Assembly: GCA_963699165.1 (NCBI GenBank)
Contig: OY969413.1
Coordinates: 468,562-532,561 of the forward strand
Length of the DNA: 64,000 nucleotides
Source of the DNA: Candidatus Kaiserbacteria bacterium
GTDB lineage: Bacteria; Patescibacteriota; Minisyncoccia; Phycocordibacterales; Phycocordibacteraceae
Direction: 5' to 3'
Part shown: in pieces, positions 19,584 through 29,470 of the stretch
Layout of the letters: each line of letters opens with the position of its first letter
Position numbering within the stretch: position 1 is the first letter of the stretch
Notes under the pieces: generated by a model
What the model was told of the DNA's origin: nothing
Seen by the model: only the letters and a program-made list of their open reading frames with translations
Databases searched by the model: none
Program-made: the position numbers and the translations under genes

Positions 19584-21914
19584 ATCAAATTTTGATTCGA
19601 TAATCTTCATCCCTTCGCCCACCTGCATCCAGAAGAACGCCCAGAGCCAAATAAATGCAGCGAGCGAGAGCGGGATAGCTGTGACGAAGAGGCCAAAGAC
19701 AGCAAACGCGGTTGCTAAGATTTGCGTGAGCGAAGTCGCCCATATGATGCTCTTGGCTGGCAGGAACTTCCACCACCGTTCTTTGGTATGAGCGACATAG
19801 ACGAGCATGTGGCCGGAGACGGTCAGCTTAAGGAAGAATGCGGTCTGAATAATCGCGAGCGGCAGATGGAAAACCTCAGCAAGCAAGAAATACATGAGGA
19901 GACTGTTGGCGACGCCCACGAGGCCGAAGAGTGTTCCGAGCGTGAAGCGTTCGCGGGGCGCGAGATCGGCGGGTCGGTCGGCGCGCTTCACGCGGTCGAA
20001 GGCGAGCGTGATGATAGGAATGTCGTTAAGAAATGCGAGCAGAATAATCTGCACCGGAGTCAGCGGGAATCCTTTGATGATGAGGCCGAGTACAAGCGCA
20101 GTGACGATGAGACGGAAGCTCTCGCTGATGCGATAGACGGAATAGTTATAGAGGCGGAAAAAGATTTTGCGCGCCTCGGTGAGCGCGATCTGCATCACCG
20201 AGATGCCGGAGTCCAAGAGGACGATATCGGCAGTGCCTTTCAAGGCATCGACCGCATTGGCAACCGCAATGCCGACATCAGCCTTGCGTACGGCGGGCAG
20301 GTCGTTCACGCCGTCGCCGGTTGCGGCGACGATGTAGTGCTTTTGCGCGGCCGTCACGAGCGCGAGTTTGTCTTCAGGCGAGACCTCGGCGAAGGCGGCG
20401 GTCGTCGCGAAGATGTTGGCAGGTAGATGTGCGAGATCGAGATCCTTTGTTCGGATGACATTGCCCATGAGCCCAAGCGTTGCGGCGACATGCGTGGCGG
20501 TCTCCTTCGTGTCGCCAGTGACCATAATCGCATCAACGCCTTCGTCTTTAAGGAAACGAAGGGTCTCTTTCGCATCGGCGCGAAGCGGGTCGGCGAGAAC
20601 GAGCATACCGATGAGGCTCATGCCGTGCTCGTCCTCGATGCCCGACGGGTCTTTCTTGATCGCCACCGCTATCGCACGGGAGCCATCCTTGCTGGCGGCG
20701 TCCGTGTCACGATGCACGGTCTCTACGAGGCCGTCGAGCGGTGCACATAAGCCCTCGATGACTGGCGGCGTCCCGATAGATACGACGTAGCGAGTGCCGT
20801 CGTGCTCCAAAAGGGCTGTAGTGCGCTTCCTGGTCGAGTCGGCAGGGATTGAGGCAAGCACGCGATAGTCGGCGACACCGGCCTCGGGCGCGGCGCGGAT
20901 GATTGCTGCATCGATGGCACTCGCCGCCTCGGGGCCCGCTGCTGCGGCTGCATACGCACGCAGCAGCGCTTCAGAGAACTGCGCGTAGGCATGGACGCGC
21001 TCGACGGATATTTTGTTCTCCGTGAGCGTGCCCGTCTTATCGGTGAGCAGGAGCGAGACATTCGCGAAGTCTTCAAGGGAGGAGAGGCGGCGCACCAATG
21101 CTTTCTTGGCCGCCACCGCCAGCGCTCCAATCGAGATAATGAGCGTCATCACGGTCGGCAGAGAGACCGGTATGCCCGCAATGAGGAGCGAGAGATCGAG
21201 GATAAGTATGCTTGCAATCGGCTGACCGTCGAGAATGAAGATGATTGTAAGGATTACGACGGCAATCAAGCTCGCGATGATGAGATAGCGCGAAATGGAG
21301 AGAATGTCGCGCTCCATGCTCGACTTCCGCTTTCCTTCCTTTCCTGCGGAAGCAATCTTACCGAAGAATGCTTGATTGCCGATTGCAGAGACAGTGCCAG
21401 TGAAGTTGCCCGTCACGACGACCGACCCCGAGTATGCGGTATCGCCGACTTTTTTCTCCTTCGGGAGCGACTCGCCGGTGAGCACCGCTTCATTTATTTC
21501 AAGATTGATCGCTTCGTCGATGCACGTGTCGGCCGTCACCAGTGCGCCGACGCCGCATTCGATGACATCCCCCACTACAAGATTGTGCGACGGAACGTTC
21601 TCCCATGCGCCATCGCGCAGCACCTTCGCCTCCACCGAGAGCTGAGAGCGCAGTGCTTCGAGCGCGTTGTCGGCCTTGCGCGTGTGCCAGAGCGTCATGC
21701 CGACGTTCAGCGCCAAGAGCGCGAGGATGAACCACCCGTCAAACTGTTGGCCAATATAGAAGGAGAGCGCTGATGCAACGATAAGCATTAGCGACGCCGG
21801 CGAGGCGAGTGCCTTGAGGAGTTTGACGAATGCGCTTGGCCGCTTCTCAACTATTTCGTTGGGCCCATACTTCGCTAACAAACGGCCCGCTTCTGCGGAT
21901 GAGAGTCCTACCAT
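19548..21914 (-). CDS. cation-transporting P-type ATPase
   Basis: TGES, DKTGTLTEN phosphorylation motif, GDGVNDLPA hinge; 10 TM-like segments. Confidence 0.85.
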   Translation of the reverse strand: MVGLSSAEAGRLLAKYGPNEIVEKRPSAFVKLLKALASPASLMLIVASALSFYIGQQFDGWFILALLALNVGMTLWHTRKADNALEALRSQLSVEAKVLRDGAWENVPSHNLVVGDVIECGVGALVTADTCIDEAINLEINEAVLTGESLPKEKKVGDTAYSGSVVVTGNFTGTVSAIGNQAFFGKIASAGKEGKRKSSMERDILSISRYLIIASLIAVVILTIIFILDGQPIASILILDLSLLIAGIPVSLPTVMTLIISIGALAVAAKKALVRRLSSLEDFANVSLLLTDKTGTLTENKISVERVHAYAQFSEALLRAYAAAAAGPEAASAIDAAIIRAAPEAGVADYRVLASIPADSTRKRTTALLEHDGTRYVVSIGTPPVIEGLCAPLDGLVETVHRDTDAASKDGSRAIAVAIKKDPSGIEDEHGMSLIGMLVLADPLRADAKETLRFLKDEGVDAIMVTGDTKETATHVAATLGLMGNVIRTKDLDLAHLPANIFATTAAFAEVSPEDKLALVTAAQKHYIVAATGDGVNDLPAVRKADVGIAVANAVDALKGTADIVLLDSGISVMQIALTEARKIFFRLYNYSVYRISESFRLIVTALVLGLIIKGFPLTPVQIILLAFLNDIPIITLAFDRVKRADRPADLAPRERFTLGTLFGLVGVANSLLMYFLLAEVFHLPLAIIQTAFFLKLTVSGHMLVYVAHTKERWWKFLPAKSIIWATSLTQILATAFAVFGLFVTAIPLSLAAFIWLWAFFWMQVGEGMKIIESKFDLRPPSRVALIT

Positions 21915-21929
21915 TCTCCCAATTCTAAC

Positions 21930-22346
21930 TTATTTCTTGAATGCGAAATGGAAACTGGAATACGAAAGGTATCCGGGTATGATGACGCCGAGCCACGAGA
22001 GCCAGAGCGGGATGGATACCTCGCCGAGGATAAGATTCCAGCCGAAGGCGATGCGAACTAGGTGAAGCAGGGCGACGATGAGGAAGGCGAGCCCGACCAC
22101 CTTCAACAGGCCGCGCTCAGTCGGCGATTTGATCGGCAGCTTCATGTTCCAGCTGTAGTGGGCAAGGAGCAAGATGAGCACGAGATCGAAAACGATGCCG
22201 GGCCATATCGCGCTCGCGTTCCAGGCGATGCCGAGAATCGTGACCGGCAAGAGCCCCGAGCCCGAGAGCCACAGGGCACAAATAATGTCGGCGATGACGA
22301 GGCCAACGGCGACTTTCGCCAGTTCACGTAAGAAGTGGTGGTGCAT
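21930..22346 (-). CDS. hypothetical integral membrane protein
   Basis: Four hydrophobic segments, no motif recognised. Confidence 0.45.
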   Translation of the reverse strand: MHHHFLRELAKVAVGLVIADIICALWLSGSGLLPVTILGIAWNASAIWPGIVFDLVLILLLAHYSWNMKLPIKSPTERGLLKVVGLAFLIVALLHLVRIAFGWNLILGEVSIPLWLSWLGVIIPGYLSYSSFHFAFKK

Positions 22347-22373
22347 ACCTCTTAAGTATGCCTTGCCCTCCGA

Positions 22374-22556
22374 TTATTTCCACCTATACAAGTGCACAGC
22401 GATGTACATCGCGAGCATCCCAAGGAGGAAGCCCGCGCACACCGTGACAACGTCGTGGAAGGGCACCCAAATGATTCCAAACCATGAGCAGGCGAGAATA
22501 ATCGCCCATACAACGGCGACTCCGATTACGTACACATAGAGCGGGCGCTTGTTCAT
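22374..22556 (-). CDS. small hypothetical membrane protein
   Basis: 60 aa, two TM segments; ATGA overlap with the upstream ORF. Confidence 0.35.
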   Translation of the reverse strand: MNKRPLYVYVIGVAVVWAIILACSWFGIIWVPFHDVVTVCAGFLLGMLAMYIAVHLYRWK

Positions 22557-22804
22557 GAGTGTGTGCTATCACTTTTTTGCGCTCTCCACTTCACAATAAA
22601 AAGAGCTAGAGCACCTGTGACCCAGGCGATTAACAACCCGACTCCTACGCCACGAAAATAGGCATTCCCGGCACTATACCCAATCACAAAGAACACCGCG
22701 CACAGGACAAGCTCAAGTAATACGAGTTTTACGAGGGTCGAGCGCCATGTGTCCATAGTGTCGTAATTGTAGCATAGTTCGATACCGCTTAATTCCAAGC
22801 CCAC
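22553..22804 (-). CDS. small hypothetical membrane protein
   Basis: Two TM segments; start ambiguous (internal Met at 22756). Confidence 0.4.
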   Translation of the reverse strand: MGLELSGIELCYNYDTMDTWRSTLVKLVLLELVLCAVFFVIGYSAGNAYFRGVGVGLLIAWVTGALALFIVKWRAQKSDSTHS

Positions 22805-22820
22805 TTGTTATACTAAATAA

Positions 22821-23123
22821 ATGAAGGTCTCTTCCGGAACGGTACATACTCTGCCCGCAGATCTGAAGAAGGCACTTGCCGCTTCTCCGGGAGCGCTCGC
22901 AGCATGGGAGGACATCTCACCACTTGCGCGCAATGAGTGGATTTGTTGGACCATTTCGGTCAAGCAAGAGGCAACCCGAAAGGACCACGTAAAGAGGGTG
23001 GTCTCGGAACTCCTCGAGGGGATGCGCCGACCGTGTTGTTGGATAGGATGCATTCATAGAACTGACAAATCAATCAGCCCGTCGATACGAGGAATTCTCG
23101 ATAAACGAGCGAAGCGAAAGTAG
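22821..23123 (+). CDS. YdeI/OmpD-associated-like small protein
   Basis: Pattern WEDISPLARNEWICWTISVKQEATRKDHVKRVVSELLEG resembles the YdeI family; not verified. Confidence 0.4.
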   Translation: MKVSSGTVHTLPADLKKALAASPGALAAWEDISPLARNEWICWTISVKQEATRKDHVKRVVSELLEGMRRPCCWIGCIHRTDKSISPSIRGILDKRAKRK

Positions 23124-23127
23124 ACGA

Positions 23128-23362
23128 GCGGAAAAGTTCGGTGTCCCTTCGCCCTATCTAGATTTTCTAAAAACGTACTGTGTAATAACGGCCAAGAATA
23201 AAGCTCTCGGGTCTATCCGATACTAAAGTCTTCGGGCGGGGGCGCAGTCATTCGAACCGTCAACATAGTACTAAGCCCTCACACAGAAGGCGCAGAGATT
23301 CGAACTAAAAATACGTTGTAAAATATAGGTTTCAACATACTACCGATAAAAAGTACTACCTG
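23128..23362. repeat. direct-repeat copy 2 plus tRNA-3'-fragment debris, ending with att-like core copy 3 at 23334-23357, abutting the tRNA-Ser 3' end
   Basis: Alignment with 12757-12930; internal T-arm-like fragments GCGCAGAGATTCGAACT and CAGTCATTCGAACCGTC. Confidence 0.65.
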
Positions 23363-23449
23363 CGGAGGCGGAGAGATTCGAACTCTCGAGAGCCTTTCGA
23401 CCCTGCCGCCTTTCCAAGGCGGTGCACTAGACCACTATGCGACGCCTCC
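23363..23449 (-). tRNA. tRNA-Ser (anticodon GGA)
   Basis: Manual fold: acceptor GGAGGCG/CGCCTCC, anticodon loop TTGGAAA, long variable arm, T-loop TTCGAAT; CCA not encoded. Confidence 0.85.
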
Positions 23450-23479
23450 AAGCGTCTATGTGTTATAGCAGAAAAAAAA

Positions 23480-24394
23480 TTATTTTGCCTGCGTACCAAG
23501 CAAAGCTTGGATTCTGTCAGGTATCGGCGGATGCGTCGAGAAGAACCGTTCAATCCAGCCGCTCGTACCGCCGCCGCCCTCTTCTTTAGAACCGAACGGA
23601 TCGCCGATAAAGAGGTGCGCCGTTGCGAGGTTCGCGCTTTGCATTGGCGCGGCATAATTGCCGATTTTCTGAAGCGCAGACGCAAGACCCTCCGGATAGC
23701 GAGTGAGCAAAACGCCCGACTCGTCGGCTAGGTATTCGCGGCGGCGGGAAATCGCGAGCTCAATGAGCTGCGCCGCAAGCGGCGCAAGAATGATGCCGAC
23801 AATCGCAAGAATCATCAGTATCGCATTTCCGTTTCCGTTATCATCGCGCCGGCCGCCGCCCCAAAATGACATTCGCAGAAAAATGTTTGCGACAAGCGCG
23901 ACGAACCCGGCAAGAACAACGGCAATAGTCATCAAAAGAATGTCCTGATTTTTAATGTGTGAAAGTTCGTGGCCGATAACACCTTCCAGCTCGACTCGCG
24001 TCATCATCGAAAGCAAACCGGTCGTTGCGCAAACAACGGCATGTTTTTCATCGCGGCCGGTTGAAAATGCATTTGGAGACGGGTCGTCAATCACATAGAG
24101 TTTCGGCATGGGCAAGCCCGCCGTGATTGCAAGATTTTCGGTAACGGTGTAGAAATCGAAAAATTCTTCGCGCGTTGCAGGCCGCGCATGATTGAGCGAT
24201 AACACGAGCTTGTCGGACTGCCAGTATGCATAAAAGTTTGTCGCAAAAGCAACGACGATGGCGATGTACAAAATCACCGGATCGCCGTAGTACCAGGAAA
24301 TCGCGTAACCGAGCGCGATGACCACAATCAAAAAGACAAGGACAAGCATCCATGTTCGTCGAATATTTGCGGAACGTTGTTGGTAGAGGTTCAT
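23480..24394 (-). CDS. htpX: protease HtpX (M48 zinc metalloprotease)
   Basis: HELSHIKNQD HExxH motif, N-terminal TM helices, C-terminal FSTHPPIPDRI. Confidence 0.9.
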   Translation of the reverse strand: MNLYQQRSANIRRTWMLVLVFLIVVIALGYAISWYYGDPVILYIAIVVAFATNFYAYWQSDKLVLSLNHARPATREEFFDFYTVTENLAITAGLPMPKLYVIDDPSPNAFSTGRDEKHAVVCATTGLLSMMTRVELEGVIGHELSHIKNQDILLMTIAVVLAGFVALVANIFLRMSFWGGGRRDDNGNGNAILMILAIVGIILAPLAAQLIELAISRRREYLADESGVLLTRYPEGLASALQKIGNYAAPMQSANLATAHLFIGDPFGSKEEGGGGTSGWIERFFSTHPPIPDRIQALLGTQAK

Positions 24395-24894
24395 TTTGAA
24401 TTAAGCCGTTCTTCGACCAGTGCAATTTCGTGGTCAATGCCCGAAATGAGCTCGTACTTCGCGGTCTCGGCGGTGGTTACCCACGCGTACTCCGTGGCAT
24501 CCGCATCAAGCTTTACTTCTCCGCCGGCATAGCGGCAATACATGCTTAGCACAAGGCAGGCTATGCCGTCCGGACGAATGAACGTCAAATCGAGCAAATA
24601 GGATATCTGATCAACATCGACGCCGACTTCCTCATTGATTTCTCTGCGAAGCGTTTTTTCAATGGCGTTGTACCATTGCGGACTTTCGTCGTTTTGATAC
24701 GTCGCTTCGGTCGCCGTATAGTCGGTGGCTTCGAGCCCGCCGCCCGGCACTGTCCACTTCCCCGGCCACGCTTTCTTGTGCGGCGCGCGCTTGGTGATGA
24801 GGTAGCGAAACTGCCCATCACCGTCTTTTTTCCAAATGATTCCCGTAACCGCGATGCGATGAAGCTCGTTGTCTTTCGGAATCGGCACCGGCAT
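24391..24894 (-). CDS. NUDIX hydrolase
   Basis: Nudix box GGGLEATDY...REINEEVGV. Confidence 0.8.
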   Translation of the reverse strand: MPVPIPKDNELHRIAVTGIIWKKDGDGQFRYLITKRAPHKKAWPGKWTVPGGGLEATDYTATEATYQNDESPQWYNAIEKTLRREINEEVGVDVDQISYLLDLTFIRPDGIACLVLSMYCRYAGGEVKLDADATEYAWVTTAETAKYELISGIDHEIALVEERLNSK

Positions 24895-24896
24895 GG

Positions 24897-25466
24897 TTAG
24901 AACTGAACTTTCACCGGTTCGGCCGCGGCGGCATCGGCGCCAGACAACTCGAAGAGATCCATCGGCTTAAAACCGAACGTAGAGGCGATGACGTTGCCCG
25001 GAAATGACTGAAGCGAGGTATTGAGCGACATCACGGTCGTATTGTAGAAGCGGCGCGCCGCCTGAATCTTGTCCTCGGTATCGCCGAGCTCCTGCTGAAG
25101 CTGAAGGAAATTCTGATTGGCTTTCAGTTCCGGATACGCTTCGGAAACGGCGAAAAGCGTTTTGAGCGTTCCGGAGAGCTGATTCTCCGCGGCGGCCTGC
25201 GCGGCCGGTGTCGCATTGCCCGCGCCCATGGCCGCCGCTCGCGCCTTCGTTACATTTTCAAATGCGCTCGACTCGTGCGCGGCATATCCTTTCACCGTCT
25301 CGACGAGATTCGGAATAAGGTCATAGCGGCGCTTGAGCTGAACCGCAATGTCGGCCCACGCTTCTTTGGCCTGATTCGTCAGCGAAACAAAACCGTTAAA
25401 GGCGAAAATGAGCCAGAGCACAATAACCGCAACAATGACAAGCAATACGATAATGGTTGTAGACAT
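24897..25466 (-). CDS. lemA: LemA family protein
   Basis: N-terminal TM plus the LemA pattern NQAKEAWADIAVQLKRRYDLIPNLVETVKGYAAHE. Confidence 0.85.
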   Translation of the reverse strand: MSTTIIVLLVIVAVIVLWLIFAFNGFVSLTNQAKEAWADIAVQLKRRYDLIPNLVETVKGYAAHESSAFENVTKARAAAMGAGNATPAAQAAAENQLSGTLKTLFAVSEAYPELKANQNFLQLQQELGDTEDKIQAARRFYNTTVMSLNTSLQSFPGNVIASTFGFKPMDLFELSGADAAAAEPVKVQF

Positions 25467-25511
25467 ATGCGCGCATTATACCACTTTTGGTAATGGCTAT
25501 ATACTAGCAAA

Positions 25512-27704
25512 ATGAATCCGGGCGATCCTATCGAGAAGCATTTCCCGCGACTGAAGCCCGACCAGCAGCAGGCGCTTCGCAAGCTCGGCATACGGACGAT
25601 TCGCGACCTGCTCTATCATTTTCCTGCGCGCTATGAAAATGCGGGACCGACCGGAACCATCGCGGGCGCGACTAAGGGCGGAACGGTCACATTGTATGGA
25701 ACCGTGCGCAAACCGGACATCCGCAAAACATGGAAAACAAGGCGACCGATTGCGGAAGCGTGGCTCGAGGACGCGTCCGGCAAAATCAAAATGATGTGGT
25801 TTAGCCAGCCGTACATCGCGAAAAGTTTGCACGACGGCATGGTGGTGAAAGTGAGCGGACGCGTCGCGGGCGAAGGCGCGAAGGCGTATCTCGCGAATCC
25901 CGAAATCGATAAAACGCCGATTAACCCGGAAGAAATTCACGATTCGCTTTTTGCGGCCGCAACGGCGCCGGACGATAAACAGCTGTATCCGATTTATCCC
26001 GAAAGCCACGGCGTTTCGTCGCTCTGGTTTTTGCACGCGCTTAAAAAAGTGTTCGAGGCGCATGCGCACGAAAAGCTCGATGACCCGATTCCTGCGGATA
26101 TTTTGGAACGATACAAATTGCCGGCGCTTTCTTCCGCGCTTGTATTCATCCATGCACCTCGGCGGCTCACGGATGCGGAAGCGGCGCGCAAACGATTTGC
26201 ATTTGAGGAAGTGTTTGCTCTTCAAATCGTGATGCAACAGCGCCGCCGCGCGCTTTTGAAAGAAGAGGCATTGCCGGTTGCGGTAAACAGAAAAGCACTC
26301 GCCGACTTTGTGGCGTCGTTCCCCTTCCCCGCGACGGACGCGCAAACACGCGCCATCGAAACAATCGTCGGCGATTTTGAAAAAACGCATCCGATGTTGC
26401 GGCTTCTTGAGGGCGATGTCGGAAGCGGAAAGACCGCGGTCGCGGCGGCAACCGCGTATTTGGTCGCAACCTCGCTCCCGAAAGGCCGCATCGCGGGAAC
26501 GCTTCAAGTCGCATACCTATGCCCGACCGAAATTCTCGCGAAACAGCATTTCTCCACGTTCGTTTCATATTTTAAAGACCACCCGATACCGATTGGGCTC
26601 ATTACCGGAAGCGAATGCCGAAAATTTCCCTCGCGCGTCCGCTACGAAGAATCCGCGAAACTCTCGAAGGCCGTGTTCAAGAAAATGGTCGCGAACGGCG
26701 AGATACCGATTGTCATCGGCACGCATGCGCTCATCGAAAAATCGCTTTCGTTTAAATATTTCGCGTACGCCATCATCGATGAACAGCACCGCTTCGGCAT
26801 CGTGCATCGTTCCGCACTGCTCCGGAAAAGTGCTACTGGTATGATATATCATACCAGTAGCACTCAGCCGCATTTGCTTTCGATGACGGCGACGCCGATT
26901 CCCCGCACACTTGCACTCACCATTTACGGCGACCTCGACCTTTCAGTGCTCGACGAGATGCCGGTTGGCCGCAAACCGGTTATCACGGAAGTTCTCGGAC
27001 CCGAGAAACGCGAGAAAGCGTATGAGCGCGTTCGCGCCGAACTTGCGCTCGGCCATCAGGCATATGTGATTTGCCCGCGCATCGACGAACCCGACCCCGC
27101 AAAAGAAATGGCGCTTCAGGCAAAATCGGTCAAAGCTGAAGCGGCTCGGCTAGCGAAGTTCGTTTTCCCGGATGCAACCATCGGCATTCTGCACAGCAAG
27201 ATGAAGACATCGGAAAAAGAAGAAACGATGACATCATTCGAAAAAGGCGAAATCGACATCCTCGTAGCAACCTCTGTCGTGGAAGTCGGCGTGAATGTGC
27301 CGAATGCAACGGCGATTCTCATTGAAGGCGCCGAACGATTCGGCCTCGCGCAATTGCACCAGCTTCGCGGCCGCGTGATTCGCTCGACGCACCAGTCATA
27401 CTGCTTCGCACTGCCAGAATCGTTCGGCGAAGCAACGCGCGACCGCATGAAAGCTTTTTCAACTGCAAAAAACGGTTTCGAACTCGCCGAATACGACCTC
27501 GCACTTCGTGGCGCCGGCGAACTCACCGGCGGGCGGCAGTGGGGCGTTTCTGACATCGCGATGGAAGCGTTAAAAAACATAAAGCTGGTCGAAGCGGCGC
27601 GCACCGAAGCCGCCCGTCTCGTCGCGCGAGACCCCGAGCTTCGCACCGAACCCGAACTCGCCCACCGCGCGCACGCGGCCGAAAAAGAAATGCATTTGGA
27701 ATAA
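25512..27704 (+). CDS. recG: ATP-dependent DNA helicase RecG
   Basis: 730 aa; Walker A GDVGSGKT; DEQHRFGI box; helicase C motifs; N-terminal wedge region. Confidence 0.85.
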   Translation: MNPGDPIEKHFPRLKPDQQQALRKLGIRTIRDLLYHFPARYENAGPTGTIAGATKGGTVTLYGTVRKPDIRKTWKTRRPIAEAWLEDASGKIKMMWFSQPYIAKSLHDGMVVKVSGRVAGEGAKAYLANPEIDKTPINPEEIHDSLFAAATAPDDKQLYPIYPESHGVSSLWFLHALKKVFEAHAHEKLDDPIPADILERYKLPALSSALVFIHAPRRLTDAEAARKRFAFEEVFALQIVMQQRRRALLKEEALPVAVNRKALADFVASFPFPATDAQTRAIETIVGDFEKTHPMLRLLEGDVGSGKTAVAAATAYLVATSLPKGRIAGTLQVAYLCPTEILAKQHFSTFVSYFKDHPIPIGLITGSECRKFPSRVRYEESAKLSKAVFKKMVANGEIPIVIGTHALIEKSLSFKYFAYAIIDEQHRFGIVHRSALLRKSATGMIYHTSSTQPHLLSMTATPIPRTLALTIYGDLDLSVLDEMPVGRKPVITEVLGPEKREKAYERVRAELALGHQAYVICPRIDEPDPAKEMALQAKSVKAEAARLAKFVFPDATIGILHSKMKTSEKEETMTSFEKGEIDILVATSVVEVGVNVPNATAILIEGAERFGLAQLHQLRGRVIRSTHQSYCFALPESFGEATRDRMKAFSTAKNGFELAEYDLALRGAGELTGGRQWGVSDIAMEALKNIKLVEAARTEAARLVARDPELRTEPELAHRAHAAEKEMHLE
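26829..26864. repeat. 36-bp perfect palindrome embedded in frame in recG
   Basis: AGTGCTACTGGTATGATA|TATCATACCAGTAGCACT; encodes SATGMIYHTSST inserted between the DEQHRFG box and the MTATPIPRTLA motif. Confidence 0.8.
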
Positions 27705-27729
27705 CGATAATGACGGTATACTGCAAAAT

Positions 27730-28914
27730 ATGAATTTTGAGGAATTAGGCGGGAAACCAAAAGAACCAAGGGAAAATAATGTCGGGGAAGAAACCTTTTC
27801 TTATACCCCTTTTGACGCTTATAAAGAGCTCCGAGAACTTAGCCTTTTCTCTTCGGATGAGGATCGGCTCTCATCGCAAGAAAAGCGGGAGCTTAAGCAA
27901 CAGCGACTTAAGGAGTTGAAAGAAAATCTGGCCCAGCAACAGGTCGGGATTGCCGCTATCATTCAATCATTGAGAAATACGATTGAGTCAAATCCTGACA
28001 CGCCTACAGAACTCCTTATGCGCACAGTGAGACAAAGCGCTCCCAAGTTACGACTTAATCAATTTCAGCTTGATAATATTGCTCACGTTCTTCATCAATA
28101 CGAAGCAAGACATCGACAGGTTGAAACATGGCGGGCCCAATATCCCGATGATGCTGATTTGTTTGAGGCATACTTCGGCAAGAAACCGGTTGGACGAATA
28201 CGGATAGTAAAACTGCCCATGACCCTGCATTTTGAGTGCTATTCTCTTGAGGACTATGCCTTTGCGTATCATCGAAAAGGCAACGTGTCTGAACCGTTAA
28301 CGGATGAGGAGATTCAATCTGCCGGACTCTCCGGCGGAGCGGCATTATTTGGTTCAATTGCAACAATCGAGAATGTGTGTGAAGATCTAGAAGAAGAGAT
28401 ACCGGTGGTGTTCAAAACAAAAATTTCAAAAGGAGCGACTCGCTCTCTTCGTTTGCATGAGGAGCTTGAGGACGTCCGAGTATCAGTGGAGGGTCTGGGT
28501 TCTTGGACCCTTGAGATTTTGGAGAGGGATGGTAACTATTTCCCGAAACATATGCGTTTAAAAAACCCTGAAGGCGGCACAGTGTTCGATGTTCGGTCAG
28601 TCAATGCCCCTCAGGGGCCAGGAAAAATATACGTATACCCTCCCAAGATATTTGAGGATGCTAACGAACCGCATGGCAAGCACACAGAGCTGTCCGGCGA
28701 TTTGGTAACCAACGGCAAAGTGTGGGGCAGCTATCACATTGAAAATGATTCTTTGCAGCTGAATGGGTTCTCTGAAGGGTTGGTGTTGGAACATACCATG
28801 TTACAAGAACGTTCACTTGCCAAATTTCCGGAAACGGGATCAATACGCGTTCTGAAACATGAAGAGCAACATGCAATAAACCAATTGCTTGAACCAATCG
28901 AGGGGTTTTTTTAG
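27730..28914 (+). CDS. hypothetical protein (lower GC)
   Basis: 394-aa ORF, no recognised motif. Confidence 0.45.
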   Translation: MNFEELGGKPKEPRENNVGEETFSYTPFDAYKELRELSLFSSDEDRLSSQEKRELKQQRLKELKENLAQQQVGIAAIIQSLRNTIESNPDTPTELLMRTVRQSAPKLRLNQFQLDNIAHVLHQYEARHRQVETWRAQYPDDADLFEAYFGKKPVGRIRIVKLPMTLHFECYSLEDYAFAYHRKGNVSEPLTDEEIQSAGLSGGAALFGSIATIENVCEDLEEEIPVVFKTKISKGATRSLRLHEELEDVRVSVEGLGSWTLEILERDGNYFPKHMRLKNPEGGTVFDVRSVNAPQGPGKIYVYPPKIFEDANEPHGKHTELSGDLVTNGKVWGSYHIENDSLQLNGFSEGLVLEHTMLQERSLAKFPETGSIRVLKHEEQHAINQLLEPIEGFF

Positions 28915-29437
28915 AAAAGAGACGGAAATGATACTCGCGGCCGCAAAAGCAAAGACACCGCAAGAGGCCCGGTCTATCTTGGTTCGAGGAATATTGCGCG
29001 AAGAACGACGAAAGAGTTTCGACACACGGGCACGCGATGAAATTATCGCATATTACAGAGACGGCACCTCTTTAGGCGCAATCGAAGAAACCTTGAAGGA
29101 GAGCCCGTTGTACGACTATTACGGGAATAAATCGCCATTCTTGGAAGGAGCAATCAGGAGAACCGTTGCTTACCTTGAGCATAAAAAGATTGACGTAGGT
29201 GCAAACGAGAAAACGATCCGAGAGTTCATTCGACCCATATTCAAGGAAGAGTTCACAAGAGAGCTTGAACGCTGGATTCGCGCAGTAAAGCGTCTTGAGG
29301 AAGCAGGATGCGAAAGAGATGAAATTGTCGCTTTGCTTTCTCAAGAGCCGGTAAGCAATTGGGATGCGCTTTCCCGCCGCCACCTTGGTCACAGAAAAGT
29401 GGGTGAACATCCCGAACACGGCGGCAGTTCTCATTGA
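28889..29437 (+). CDS. hypothetical protein
   Basis: ORF only; probable start MILAAAK at 28928. Confidence 0.35.
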   Translation: MNQSRGFFRKETEMILAAAKAKTPQEARSILVRGILREERRKSFDTRARDEIIAYYRDGTSLGAIEETLKESPLYDYYGNKSPFLEGAIRRTVAYLEHKKIDVGANEKTIREFIRPIFKEEFTRELERWIRAVKRLEEAGCERDEIVALLSQEPVSNWDALSRRHLGHRKVGEHPEHGGSSH

Positions 29438-29470
29438 AGGCCCCGCAATAGATGCATTTGGAATAATTTG

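Noticed and set aside
19722-21773. 234-aa and 260-aa ORFs on the plus strand
   Set aside because: Antisense to the P-type ATPase gene.
25497-26507. 336-aa ORF on the minus strand
   Set aside because: Antisense to recG; Arg-rich low-complexity translation.
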